Origin: Octopus sinensis
Lineage: Eukaryota
DNA: 64,000 nucleotides
Direction: 5' to 3'
NCBI RefSeq assembly: GCF_006345805.1
Contig: NC_043000.1
Coordinates: 9,362,001-9,426,000, forward strand
Both the position numbers and the translations under genes were made by a program. Positions 1-13,022 of this stretch are shown piece by piece (within the stretch, counting starts at the first letter, position 1; the number at the start of each line of letters is the position of its first letter). The notes below the pieces were generated by a model. That model was given only the letters and a program-made list of their open reading frames with translations. It had not been told where the DNA came from and searched no databases.

Positions 1-130
1 CACTCCGTTATATATTTTGTTTTTATCCTTCATCTCCCAAAGCAACTTTGCTCTCAGACAAAGCCTCAGAATCGTAACCTTTCAGCGGTGTATATACGTG
101 GAATATCGTTCGCAGATGGCCATTTTCCAC

Positions 131-171
<41 letters not shown>

Positions 172-539
172 GCGTGTTTGTGCGTGCAGTGTGTGTATGG
201 ATACACATACGCAAAACACACGCATGCATATCATAGGTAAAATTTCTTAAATATTTTACATATTTTAACAATTAAGTTATTAGCAATTGAAGTATTCTGA
301 ATAACCGTCACCTTTCTGGTTTTGTGAAGCTCATTCAAGCAGCTGAAGATTTGTGCTGAGGCAGTTAGTTATATAGCTGATATGTCAAGACACACGCAGG
401 CGTGTATGTATGTGAGGACGTACGTTTGTGCTTATGTATAGGTGTATATTTTGCAGGTCTGTGAATAAATTAACCGGGAAAATATGCACGCGTATGTATA
501 CATCCATATATGTATGCGTACATATATAAAATGTGTGTG

Positions 540-571
540 TGTGTGAGAGAGAGGATCTATATGCATGTATG

Positions 572-605
<34 letters not shown>

Positions 606-662
606 ATATAGATAGATAGATAGATAGATAGATAGTAGATAGATAGATAGATAGATAGATAG

Positions 663-699
<37 letters not shown>

Positions 700-1105
700 T
701 ATGCATATATGTATAATTAAATGTATGCGTGCATATATATATACAATTACAATATATAGATACATATATGCACATATATGCATATATATATATATACATA
801 TATATATTTATGAGGATATATATATATATATATATATATATGCATATGTGCATGTATACAAGTGCAGACTTGTATCTTACTACATACATACATACATATA
901 CATACATACATGCATACATACATACATACATACATACATACATACATACATACATACATACATGCATGCATACATACATACATACATACATACATACATA
1001 CATACATACATACATACATACATACATACATACGTACGTACATACATACATACATACATACATACATACATACATACATACATACATACATACATACATA
1101 CACGC
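540..1105. repeat. Compound microsatellite block (TA)n/(TAGA)n/(TACA)n
   Basis: Direct reading. It produces the YIYI/MYVC/HTYI pseudo-ORFs in the track. Similar blocks recur throughout the window (e.g. 36886-37760, 38150-38350, 41830-42120, 50168-50325, 59450-59980). Confidence 0.97.
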
Positions 1106-1457
1106 ACACGATATAAGATTACAATTAAACTATATGCTAGCAGATAAGGTTAATGCTTATATTAGAAGCAAAGTAAGAGGACAGAACTGGAAGTGATGTC
1201 AGTGCAGGTGGGCGTTGAAATTAGTGATACAGATGTATATAGGAAATAAACTAATCGTGGCAGTTGGATGCAAGATGAAACTGGGAAGTGGGATGAATTG
1301 AATGTCAGGAAATTTATCATAAAAATTACGCAGGAAACGAATTGTATTATTCATTGGAAGCCATGTAAAGTATCTAGGTCATTGCGTATCTATCGCGTCT
1401 CTTACTCTTATGTATGCATTCATCCATATATATATGTGTCATGTATGCATGTATTCG

Positions 1458-1548
<91 letters not shown>

Positions 1549-2127
1549 ATTAGAAAGAAAACACTTTTTATCAATTCAAAATGAACAATTAAATTACACC
1601 ATCTAGAAAATTACATATTCATTTTGAATTGATAAAAGGTGTTCTTTTTCTAACTTTATATATATATATTATATTGTGTGAAATTTGATTTAGTATTTCT
1701 AAATTGAATTTTTTTCCTTGTAAGTTTGGATTTTATTCCCTCAAATAATAATTATTATGTATGTATGTATATATATATATATATATATCCTTTTTCTCTA
1801 TGCTAGGTTATAAATAAAAACAATGTAACATCAAACTGAAGGATTATTGAATACTTCTAAGTTGAGTTTATGATTATTATATTATTACAGCCACTTCGAA
1901 GTTTCAGCTTGCTCGTATTCATCAATATATACACAATCTTTATACACACACACACGCACGCACACGCACGCACACGCACACACACACACACATGTATATT
2001 TATGCAAGTGCGTATGTATATATTAATTCATAAACTCGTATATTTTAGGTTAAAGCAAAATTTCGTATCGTTTTTATGTAGTTGACTTTAAATAAGTGAT
2101 TTCGTTTCTCACGTAGCAGAAGCATAT

Positions 2128-2209
<82 letters not shown>

Positions 2210-2212
<3 letters not shown>

Positions 2213-3774
2213 GAAAGAGGTAACATTCGGACACGTCTTTATACAGTTGCCGTGTGGATAATTTATGCCTATTGTATTTACGCTTAAAGTTGAAAGGGTG
2301 GAAGACGAGATGCGATTTTGCCGCCGTTTGATGCTCGTCTATTATTAAAACGAAAGAAAAACACGGTACAAATAGCAAAAACAGATCTGTGCAGCTTATG
2401 GAGACGGTGCTATAAGAGAGTGGGCTGTTTGTCGGTGATCGCTAGGTTTAGGAGTCAAAATTTTGATTTGGAAGGCCGTAAACGTTCAAGCATGCATACA
2501 GTCGTTTATGATAACCAAATCGAAACGCTAATAAAAAAAATAATTCCGGTCCCACGACACGACAAGACACGAGATATCGCAGAGTTACGCCACATATCTC
2601 ATATGAGTGTTATAAGGCATTTAAAAACACATAGATATGTGAATCGCTTTGATGTTTGGCTGCCTCGTAATTTAATAGTAAAAAATTTCATGGACTACAT
2701 TTCCATTTGTTATTCTCTGGGATCTTTTCGGTCTGAACGGCAGTTTTTTCTAGCGGCGTCAAATGAAATTGTCACCCATAAATATGACCCTAGTATTGAT
2801 CTATTGCATTTCAATCTGTTTTAGGGTTAGGATTAGGGGTGGGAAGAAGGGTATCTTTTTTTCTTCAGAAAGGTAAATAAACCCAATCTGTTTCTTAAAC
2901 GAGGGACATATTCATACAGCACAGAATGTTTTCACCTCAATAGACGTCATTGATTGGTTGAAATTGCAGAAATTGAAGAAAAAACAACAACAAATATCTT
3001 ACAAACTATAGAATTTTCTCAATAAAGCCAAGAGAAAAAGATGTTTTATAAACACATTCTACCAGCATACGAAGTTTAAAATTTTTTATTTACCTATAAA
3101 TTATGTTAAAAACTGCCGTTCAAACCGAAAAGATCCCTATTCTCTGCTCAAAAACAACGAAACAATTCAGTTTCGAAGCGAACAATCGCAGCTAATAAAA
3201 AAATTGATTATTTACAGCAATACGGAACGAAAAAGATACTGCAGAAAACGAAATGAACCACTCTTAATCACTTTAAAACCGATCGATATCTGAAGAAGGG
3301 GGTGCACTGTATCTGGTGGAATTCAAAGGGCATTGTGTATTACAAGCTCCTTCTGCGAAATCAGGCGTTGAATTTAAACCATTATTGTTCCAAATTAGAC
3401 CGATTAAAGGAATTTGCCATTTGGAAAAGTATCATCTCCCTTCAGAACAACACTGGATCTCCTGTTTCTTTGCAGAACCAGCAGAAATTGGTACAGATTG
3501 GTGGTATGCCCTACAACACACTCACCGTATTCACCTGATCTTGCATCTTCGGATTATCATTATCGTAATTCTCTTGATTCAATTTATTGAACAACTGTGG
3601 AAACCACCGACACCAGTTTTGGTTGGATGGGATATGAAACTGCCTCAATATGGCGATCGTAGTGGGGCAAAATGGAACATATGTGGTTGAATAGAGTAAT
3701 GTTCAAATATCTAAATACTGTTTCTCAATTTTACTTAAAAGCAAAACGGCTCTAACTTTTGTTCCAACCCAGTA
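2210..3774 (+). mobile_element. Degenerate mariner (Tc1/mariner) DNA transposon, interrupted by a MITE
   Basis: Transposase remnants: FDLEGRKRS..TRDIAE..RFDVWLPRNL..ISICYSL|LKNNE; CIWWNSKGIVYYKLL..YCSKLDRLK; HSPYSPDLASSDYH (3519-3560, the mariner YSPDLAP motif). 3' TIR-like AAAACGGCTCTAACTTTTGTTCCAACCCAG followed by TA (about 3743-3774). Many frameshifts; 5' end approximate. Confidence 0.88.
2719..3137. mobile_element. 419-bp non-autonomous DNA transposon (MITE) with 30-bp TIRs and 8-bp TSD
   Basis: Left TIR GGGATCTTTTCGGTCTGAACGGCAGTTTTT (2719-2748); the right TIR (3108-3137) is its reverse complement with 1 mismatch. TATTCTCT is duplicated at 2711-2718 and 3138-3145. Confidence 0.93.
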
Positions 3775-3971
3775 TATATCTACCTATTCATCGTTGTCTT
3801 TGTATGACGTCTGTGTTCCTGTGTTTATCTTATTGCATATCTGTTTGTCTATTTTCTCTCCAAAGAAGCGAATTAAAGAAAGTAATTCAAATGGATTTAT
3901 TGCATGAAATCAGATAATTCAGTTAAGTACTAGTATACTGAACACCGTTCACAAAAACTGCAAAACTGCAT

Positions 3972-4330
3972 GGGCGTAGTTATATCTGCGAGGTTAAGAA
4001 CATGGCTTTGCAGACCCGTGGTTTCGGGTTCAGTTCCATTTGAAGCACCTTGGAAAAATACTTTCTAGTATACCCCTGGGTAGACCAAAGTCTTGTGAGT
4101 GAGTGTTGTAGATCGAAACTCTGGAGAAGCCCATCATTTATATAGATATACATGTGTGTGTGTGTGTGTGTGTCTGTGTGTGTGTGTGTGCGTGCGTGCG
4201 TGTGTGGACGGATGGACAATGTCGGTGTGTATGCGTTTTCGTGTGCGTTTGTGTTTTTGTCACCGACTGAGAACCGATGTTGGTTTGTTTATGTCCTCGC
4301 AATGAAGCATTTCGGCCCAAAGGAGACTTA
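3972..4330 (+). mobile_element. tRNA-derived SINE family B, degenerate copy
   Basis: B-box-like GGTTCAGTTCC, CCTTGG..ACTTTCT body and internal (TG)n. Homologous to the better copy at 38349-38751. Ends approximate. Confidence 0.7.
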
Positions 4331-4525
4331 CATAATACGTGTCATACTTAAAACAAGTTCTGGGGTTCTTCAGTTATGTTTTTGCAGAAAACAATTTACG
4401 GAACCCGTAAACCCTTAAAGTGATTTTTTTTTTATATCTCAACCTAATTTTCATTTTCCTGGCTCATATCCTTCTTTTTTACTACTTCCGCTTCCAGTAA
4501 ACTATAAACCACGGTATTCTGCACT

Positions 4526-4560
<35 letters not shown>

Positions 4561-5504
4561 CACACAAAGGTTCGTTTGGTCTACACCTTTGTGAAACAAG
4601 CCCCCACTTTCGCTTCTCCAACAAGCTGGAGTAGAAACAAATATGATGGTTTACTGATCGCCATGCTTTCGTCTATATCTCCTGTGTTTCTAACGTAATT
4701 TATGTTTTTTGTCTCATATGCCTAAGGTCAAATAAAAACCAACTGTATCATTCTAATCGTGTCAGTATTGAAATAAGATCCACATCTATGACAGTAATTT
4801 TGTGTACCCAAAATAGTACACCTATTAATATACTCCTCCTGGAATTTAACGGATCAGAGCCTATAATTACATTTGAAAGCATCTCTAGATGCTTGAAACA
4901 CGAAGAGTAAATCGATTAATGTACAAACGTTAATATGAGCTGCAAAGATAAATGGAATAACTTATTATCATTTAAGAATCAATCTCTAACGCAAAATTTT
5001 TGCGCGTTATTCGATAAACGTTTATAGAATAGCAACCATTTTCCATGTTCTATATCTGTATTATTATTATTGTGATTTTTTTTGTTTGGCATCAGATAAT
5101 TTGTGCTTCAATTCCAAGTAAGTCAATTAAAGTTGGTTCATTATCATTGTATTTATGACTAGACTGATGTATTACCTCCAAGATTTATGCAGGCTTACAC
5201 GAAAATATACAAAAGTATACAAAAGAATGCAGTGTTAAGATCAGCTTTTTAGTCACATAAATTCATATCCAGAATGTTTATCCAATTTAACTGTATTGTA
5301 ATCGTTCCGTATTTTTATCAGCATTTAATATTTCCATCTGAAGCCTCTTCCATCATATCTTCTCATTTCATATTTGTTTTCTCGTCGTGTTTTGTTACAA
5401 AGTCAAATCTGGATATTAGAAAAACAAATCAAACCGCAAAAAATACATTATACAAAATTTGCTATGTCTACTTTTTATAATCTCATAATAATGTAGCTTT
5501 TATC

Positions 5505-5753
5505 TTTTACTTGTTTCAGTAACTGGAGTGCGGCCATGCTGGATCTTCACCTTGAAGGGTTTTAATTTAACAAATCGATCCCAGTATTTGTTTTTTTGTT
5601 TTTTTTTAGGTCTGATACTTCTATCGATCTATCGATCTCTTTGGCGGAAGCAATAAGTTAAGAGAACGTTAACAAACCAGCACCAGTTATCAAGCGGTGG
5701 GGAGGAACATATACAGCACAAATCCAACGCACACACACACATACACGCACGCA

Positions 5754-5807
<54 letters not shown>

Positions 5808-6060
5808 AACACACAATTACATCCGTACACAAGTATATGTATTCAATGGCGGATACACCTTAATTATGGTACATAGATGGTTATTTTAGCTGAGCTTCCA
5901 CACAGTTTTCACCTACCAAATTCACTCACAAGGCACTGGTCGGCCCGAGGCTACGTTAGAAGACACTTGCCCAAGGTGCAGCCCAGTGGAACTGAACCTG
6001 AAACCATATGTCTGCAAAGCGAGCTTAATTTTCAAACAACCATGCTTATATCTTGCACAA
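5505..6060 (-). mobile_element. SINE family B copy
   Basis: Reverse-complement homology to 38349-38751, including the tail CAGCATGGCCGCA..CTGAAACAAGTAAAAG and the internal microsatellite. Ends approximate. Confidence 0.8.
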
Positions 6061-6789
6061 CCGTTTTCTTTCTTTCTTTTATTTTTATTTTGTATTTTAT
6101 GGGAGGGTGATTTGCCTGGAATATAGTAGTAATCTGTTTGAACTATGCAATATTGTATATGATAATCTGAAATCAAACTACTCAAGTGCAAAAGTGAAAC
6201 ATGGTTTATCCAACGTGAGGCCCTTCTGTTGCATCACAGTTGGGTTTATGATTTCCTAAAATATGGCGACACGCATGCACTATTCTTAAGAGTGGGGGTT
6301 GCGTTCGTGGTCGCCTCACCCCACTGTACAAAATTGGGAAAAGGCAGCGAACTCACAGAAACGTAAGCAGCATTTCGTCCCTCTTTACGTTCTGAGTTCA
6401 AATTCCACCGCAGTGGACTTTGCCTTTCATCCTCTTGGAGTCTAAAAGAAGAAGCACCAGCCAATCACTAGGGTTGACGTAATTGACTTCCCCTTCTCAT
6501 CCAAAATCTAGTGACCCTGTATCAAAATTTGAAACAATTATTTTTAGAATTTTTCTTGATAACTTACTTGATTAAATCCTACAGCCTCTCCTGATCATTT
6601 AATCTTGAAAGGAGGTTGTTAAGTATAATATTTTTTTTTTTAAATTGGCATTCCATCGCTTACGACGACGAAGTTTCCAGCTGATCCGATCAACACAACA
6701 ACTTGCTCGTGAAATTAACGTGCAAGAAGTTGAGCACTCTACAGACATACTAAAATGTTATATATAGTATAACACACACGCGCGGGCAG

Positions 6790-6826
<37 letters not shown>

Positions 6827-7865
6827 ATATATATATCATTATTTCTAATTCTCTCTAAAGGAGACTACGGCAGCGATACTAGATATTAATAGTTATCACC
6901 AAACTAACATGGCAGTCCATGAAAATAGGACGAATGCTGCCGTTTATTAGCTCCAAGAGGCCATCGCCTCTAGCTAGCTAGGTGACACACAGACCTGTGT
7001 CGGGAACCATGTAGTTGGTAAGCAAGCTACTTACCACACAGCAACTCCTGCGCCTATATTGTTTAAGGAATCAAGAAAACTGAACCTGAAAACTGTTAGA
7101 GAACTTGGTAAACGTTTTGGACGCTTTTTTTAACCTTTAACAATGAAGTGAATGAAGCGAACTTATGTTAAAATTTCCAAATAATTGTTTTGTAAAACTA
7201 CATAAAACTAAGGAAACTGAAAAAGTATAGCAATAAAGATTAGTACGTAAAAGAAAGAAAAAAAAAACAAGAGAGGGAGAGGGAACGATTAAGTTCAAAG
7301 TGAAATTGCAGCTGCAAGAACTGAAAATGTCCAACGCAGGAAACGGCCATTGTTGCAAAAAGAAGAAACGAAAAAGAATATGAACGGAAGAGTAAGAGAG
7401 AAAATGACTACTTAAGAAACTATTTGGAATGACTTAGTGCATCACAAGAAGAAGTGGTGAAAAGGAAGAGAATAAATAAAAGAGAGAGAGAGAGACTTGC
7501 TCATAGAAGAAATTCAACACAAAAAGAAATATAAGAAAGGAAGAAGGATAAAAGAAAGATTTGCAGAAAGAACAGACCATTTATCCCCAGGAAAAAAAAA
7601 TAGAGGAAATGAGAATATATAAAATTAGCGTCGCAGCAAGAAGGAACAAATTTATCGCAAGATGAAATCAAAGGAAAGAGATGGATTGAAGGTGGGAGCA
7701 TTGCAGACAGAAAAGATAATGAAAGTGTTCAAGCAGCTCGAATACTGAAAATATGAGACAATTAAAGGCAAGTTTCATATCTTTTACCGTGACCAACCTA
7801 ACATATAATGAAACCAAGATTCAGCCTCAAAACTGTGACGTAAAGAATGATATCTGTTAGCTAAA

Positions 7866-8095
7866 GGCGGCGAGCTGGCAAAATCGTTAGCAGGCCGGGC
7901 GAAATGCTTAGCGGTATTTCGTCTGCCGCTACGTTCTGAGTTCAAGTTCCGCCAAGGTCGACTTTGCTTTTCATCCTTTCGGAGTCGATTAAATAAGTAC
8001 CAGTTACGCACTGGGGTCGATACAATCGACTTAATCCGTTTGTCTGTCCTTGTGTGTCCTCTCTGTGTTTAGCCCCTTGTGAGTAGTAAAGAAAC
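7866..8095 (+). mobile_element. tRNA-derived SINE family A, full-length copy
   Basis: Head GGCGGCGAGCTGGCAAAATCGTTAGC, B-box-like GAGTTCAAGTTCC, core GGTCGACTTTGCTTTTCATCCTTTCGGAGTCGAT..AAGTACCAG and tail CTCTGTGTTTAGCCCCTTGTG..TAAAGAAA. Other copies at about 6290-6530, 8445-8640, 8665-8890, 13150-13370(-), 15130-15290(-), 15340-15520(-), 17335-17545(-), 39125-39265(+), 39700-39830(-), 46355-46985 (nested), 47960-48070(-) and 55495-56270. Confidence 0.9.
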
Positions 8096-10314
8096 AGGTA
8101 TCTGTCAGCTGTGCACATCATCAAAATATTTACATATTTACCTAAAGAACAACTCCAACATAGAAGGGAATAAAAGGGCACCGAAATCTGCATTCAGGTG
8201 TTCCCGATTGAAAAAATGGAAGGCAGAAAATAGAAGAGAGGTTGAGAGACAGAGAATTACGACTCGCAGGAAAAGTTAGAAGCTAAAATGAAGCAAGTAA
8301 TGATACGTGAGGAATATAGTTGTGGAAAAATGGAAATTGTATGTCAGTTTTGTGATTCATCAAACTCCCAAAATTAAGAAATTTCACAACTGTTGCCATA
8401 AGGATAAAGTTTTGTTACAGCATCAGCGCGATGAATATTTTAATAATTGGCGGAGTTAAGGCAGCAGGCCGACAAAATACTTAACAGCATTTCATCCGTC
8501 TTTAAGTTCCGAGTTCAAATTCCGCCGAGGTCGACTTAAGCTTTCATCATTTCGGGGTTGATAAAATAAGTATTAGTTGAACACTGGAGTCAATGTAATC
8601 AACTTAACCCCTCCATCAGACCTGCTGGCCTTGTGTCAAAATTTGAAGCTGGTTTTTTTTTCAGGAGAGGCAGCGAACTAGCAGAATCGTTAGCACACCG
8701 AGCAAAATGCTTAGCAGCATTTCGTTCGTCTTTACATTCTGAGTTCAAATTTCGCTGAGGTCGACTTTGCCTTTCATCCTTTCGAGGTCGATCAACTAAG
8801 TACCAGCTGAGTACTGGGGTCGATGTAATCGGCGTACCTCACACCCCACACCGAAATTGCTGGCCTTGTACCAAAATTTGAAACTAATATTTGGAAGAGT
8901 TAATGAGCTATACAGAACTTATACATTAAAACTTCAAAGTCAACCTATCTTACAATTCAGTTCTTTCCTTTGTATCCATGCGTGCACAGTTTACTGACTC
9001 AACTGGACATGGTCCTTGTTTCAGAGTTCATGGTCAAATCCATCACTGCATGACTAACTGCACCCAAATGATAATGAGCAGTGACTTTTGGCACAGCTCT
9101 ACGTTGTAGAATATAGAGAAGTAAATGACACTTGAACTTAGAGAGAAACAACTACAATTCTGGAATGGTAGAAGTGAATTACAGTGGGGATCATGGGATT
9201 GAAACTCATCTACAATTTCTATCTATCTCCTTATTATCATCAAAAGATCTAATGCAGCTAGTATACTGCATTTATTAAGAATTAAATCCACTAGGAGTTG
9301 ACAGCTTAGATCTATTTAGATCTAGCTGCTGGTCATAAATTAAATATTGTTTGATATTCTTCCAAACCTTAATTCCCTACGGCTATAAATTCCCTTGATC
9401 ACATAAAGAAACAAATCTCAGAAGGAGTCATGTAGATAATGGTAAATGCCCAGAAAAAGAGGCTGGTAGGGGTAACATAAACTCTTTTATTATTATCAGT
9501 TACAATAGAAAGCATAGGATGCTACAATGAGATCTAGATGGGTATTAAGGTCACAGACGGGAAAAAGATATAATCAAAATATAGCAAAATTTGTGTATTA
9601 TTATATTTTGTATAATAAAAGTAAAAATTTAAAATTTAGAAAGGGATATAAGAACCAGGTAAGATAAGAAAGATATATAAGACCAATTTAAGCACTAAAA
9701 AGAGATTACTTTTATATAAAAGCCTCAAAATACTTCATCCTAGCAGAAATTTTACATGGTCATCATAAAACCAGTCAAACAATGAACCCAACTTACATTC
9801 AGAATTTACCTGGGAAAGAGGAACGCATTTTCTATTGATTGAAAACAAGGGATCAAAGGCAAGAAAAGAAAAAAATGAGATAATTGGTTCTGTAACATAA
9901 ACTTATTTAAAAATAGAAGTATACAAAAGATTTTAACAACTATGGAAAGTCTTAAAGGATGTAATGATATAAGGAGATATAACAGTATAAACATATGGCA
10001 TACACATATATATGTACGAAAAAGACATTTATATATATATTATATATATATATATAATTTATATATATATATATATATATATAGATAAGAAAGTTGGTTT
10101 GTGAAAGCACGTGGGTGAATATATAAAAAATAGTAAAGAGTGAAAAAACGACAGAAGGCTTAAATGTTAAAAAATATATATATTTGCGTCAATATGTCTG
10201 AAGAATATTAGAAAATTAAAAAAAAAAAATGTTTTTCTCTTTTATAATGACATAATTTTTAAAGAAAGACCGGTTTCGCATTTAGCTTTTCAAATTTCTT
10301 GTGATATATATATA

Positions 10315-10472
10315 CTTTATTTAAAGCAGCAGAAAATTCAACAAAACCTTTTACTCTGAGTTTTCCGTTGCCGTTCATCGGACAGTTTTTGCTAGAAAAA
10401 ACTGGCCGACGAACGGCAACGGGAAACTCAGAGTAACATGTTTTGTTGAATTTTCTGCTGCTTTAAATAAAG
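10315..10472. repeat. Near-perfect inverted repeat (about 76-bp arms, about 6-nt loop, about 5 mismatches)
   Basis: CTTTATTTAAAGCAGCAGAAAATTCAACAAAAC..CAGTTTTT / AAAAACTG..GTTTTGTTGAATTTTCTGCTGCTTTAAATAAAG. Confidence 0.95.
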
Positions 10473-10541
10473 CATATTACTCTACCACTGGTATTTGAGT
10501 ACTCTTTTTTCCACCTTATTTCACATTTATGTGTTTACTCC

Positions 10542-10624
<83 letters not shown>

Positions 10625-10629
<5 letters not shown>

Positions 10630-10850
10630 GTTAATCCAAACATGAACAAAGAGAAAACGCAACAGCGCGAGGACGTGGGACAAGTATAGTTTTCTTGGAC
10701 GCTCAGGAAAGGAAAGAAAGAAGGGGATTTAACGTTTCGAGCGGAGCTCTTCGTCAGAAATATAGAAAAAAAGGAAAAGTCCAAGGAAGGGAAGACGGAG
10801 AAAGAAAATCGCCAACGATACACATGCGGTCACACATTGAAACGACCGGA
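10625..10850 (-). mobile_element. Penelope-like element terminal (pLTR) fragment next to (TA)n
   Basis: Abuts a (TA)n tract and carries a CTGACGA..GAAACGT hammerhead-like motif of the kind known from Penelope pLTRs. A homologous copy lies at 42455-42620 (TAGTTAATCCAAACATGAA..CGAGGACGTGG..AACGTTTCGAGCGGAGC..TTCGTCAGAAA). Confidence 0.6.
10727..10761 (-). ncRNA. Minimal type-I hammerhead ribozyme-like motif
   Basis: The minus strand reads ATTT CTGACGA A GAGC TCC GCTC GAA ACGT T AAAT: catalytic core, stem II GAGC/GCTC, palindromic ACGU stem III and a 4-bp stem I (AUUU/AAAU). There is one extra A after the CUGANGA box. Confidence 0.55.
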
Positions 10851-12078
10851 AGGGAATGGATGAAGAAATAGTTCTTTCAAAGACAGGAGAATGCAAGAGA
10901 AGAGAAGGAGGTATGCGTGTGTATGTGTGGGTATGTGCGTGCGCACAGGTCTCCGTATGTGTGAGTGTGTGTAATGATAGCACGTGTGTGTGTTTGGTTA
11001 GGTTTAGTATCGTTTAAGGTCATAGGAAGAATTTATAGTAAGAATTTTGGTAGGAGTGGCTGCGTGTTGTGTGTCTACCAACACATCTGCATAGGAGAAT
11101 GATCAGTAGAAGGCACTGGTAGTTTGAAGTATGTGTGTGTGCGTGTATGTATATGTAGTGTGTGTGTGTTTTGTTTGCAGTATGTGTATGGAATAATTGT
11201 ACTTTACTCTGTTTATGTATGAGTGTGTGCTCTGTGTGTGTGTGTGTGTATATATATACACGTGTGTGCATTTATGTATGTATATATATATATAATATAT
11301 ATATATATATACATAAAACATTCTTCATTTTTTTCCGTCCTTGTTTTCGTATACATTCGCTGCTTTCTTCCGAGGAATCTAATGCTCCTAGTTTAGTTTT
11401 TTCTTGGGGCTGACCAGATTAGAGCAATCTCGAGTATAACCAGCCGAAATTGTAAAGATACTCTGGAATTCGGCTGAGGAAAGAAAACTCCGAATGACCC
11501 GTCCTTGTTTACTTCGTGTCGTCTATCTGGATGGTTTTTTGTCCCTTTTTTGTATCAGCTAACTGTTGCGTTCTTGTCCCATTCTGTATCATATACATAT
11601 ATATATATATATATATGTAGATGTGTGTGTGTGTGTGTGTGTGTATAATATATATTATCATTATAAAGTGTAATTATAAGTAACTGAGAAAAATACTAAT
11701 TTAAGCACTATATTGCACTATATTTTATCATGCTTACCTGTGGAGAGAAGTTGTAATATACTCTGCAAATCATAGAATGTTATACCAGTATATGCGAAGG
11801 TAAATAGGAAAAACAAATAAAGATAGAAATCAAATTAAAAACAAAAAATATAAAATCAAACAATAATAAGTAAATAAATAATAAGGATAGGTCGAGGTAT
11901 TCCTAACAAAATATATCAAGATGTAAATAAATTAAGATGGGATATTATTGGAAGCAGTTTTATGTAGAATTATAATATTACAGGCACTGTTGTATGTAGA
12001 ATTATATAGTTCATAGGAAGTGTAAGATTTATCCAAGGGAGGCTTGGATAAACCTTTTTCTTTTGTTACGGATAAGTA

Positions 12079-12276
12079 AACACACCAACATCTGTTGCCA
12101 AGCAATGGTAGCTAGACAAACACGGACACACAAGCATACAGGCGTAGGAGTGGCTATAGGCACAAGAGTGGCTGCGTGGTAAGTAGCTGCTTACCACGCA
12201 GCCACTCCTACGCCTGTATGTTTGTGTGTCTGTGTTTGTCCCCCAAGCATTGCTTGGCAACAAATGCTGGTGTGTT
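12079..12276. repeat. Fold-back inverted duplication built from SINE family B sequence
   Basis: Inner perfect 18-bp arms GAGTGGCTGCGTGGTAAG (12166-12183) / CTTACCACGCAGCCACTC (12190-12207). Outer arms CATACAGGCGTAGGAGTGGCT, GACAAACAC.GACACAC and AACACACCAACATCTGTTGCCAAGCAATG pair with few mismatches. Confidence 0.9.
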
Positions 12277-12421
12277 CACATACCCGTAACTTAGCGGATC
12301 GTCAAAATGAACCGAAAGAATAAGTCCTAGGCTTGCAAAAAATAAGTGCTGTGGTCGATTTATTCCACTAAAGGCGGTGCTCCAGCATGGCCGCAGTCAA
12401 ATGACTGTAACAATTAAAAGA

Positions 12422-12458
<37 letters not shown>

Positions 12459-12833
12459 ATAACGATTTAGGAGTGACCCCAACAGGTCACTCGTCCACCA
12501 GAAAGAGCAGCCATAACTCACACCGCCAAGTATTATTAATTCAGAAATTAGGTGAAAATTTAAAAACATTTACCCTAATTCATCCTTTAGACGTAGCAAC
12601 GTTTCTGTGTCATTAATGATTAAATTAGCTTAATTAAATTAAATTAAGCCAATCTACCATAGGTTACACTTCATCAGTAAAGACCTGGGAGAGACAAATA
12701 TACACGAGGCGTCTGTATCGAAGCCTACGGGATATCTGACTTAAAATTTTCAAGACTGACGTATTCGCGCCAAACTTATCAACAGTAAATATATACTGCC
12801 GATTCAATCTCAGAATTATTCAGAAAATTATCA

Positions 12834-13022
12834 ATTAGTCAATTTAGGGTAGCAAAAAATTCAATAGAAATTTATCGCAACCAGCGGCCTGGTGAAAAAG
12901 AGAAAATAGTCATCGACTAAATATATAAATATTTATATATTTAGTCGATGACTATTTTCTCTTTTTCACCAGGCCGCTGGTTGCGATAAATTTCTATTGA
13001 ATTTTTTGCTACCCTAAATTGA

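Noticed and set aside
17-2085. YIYI/MYVC/HTHT/CVCV ORFs here and throughout the window
   Set aside because: These are translations of (TA)n, (TACA)n, (CA)n and (TAGA)n microsatellites.
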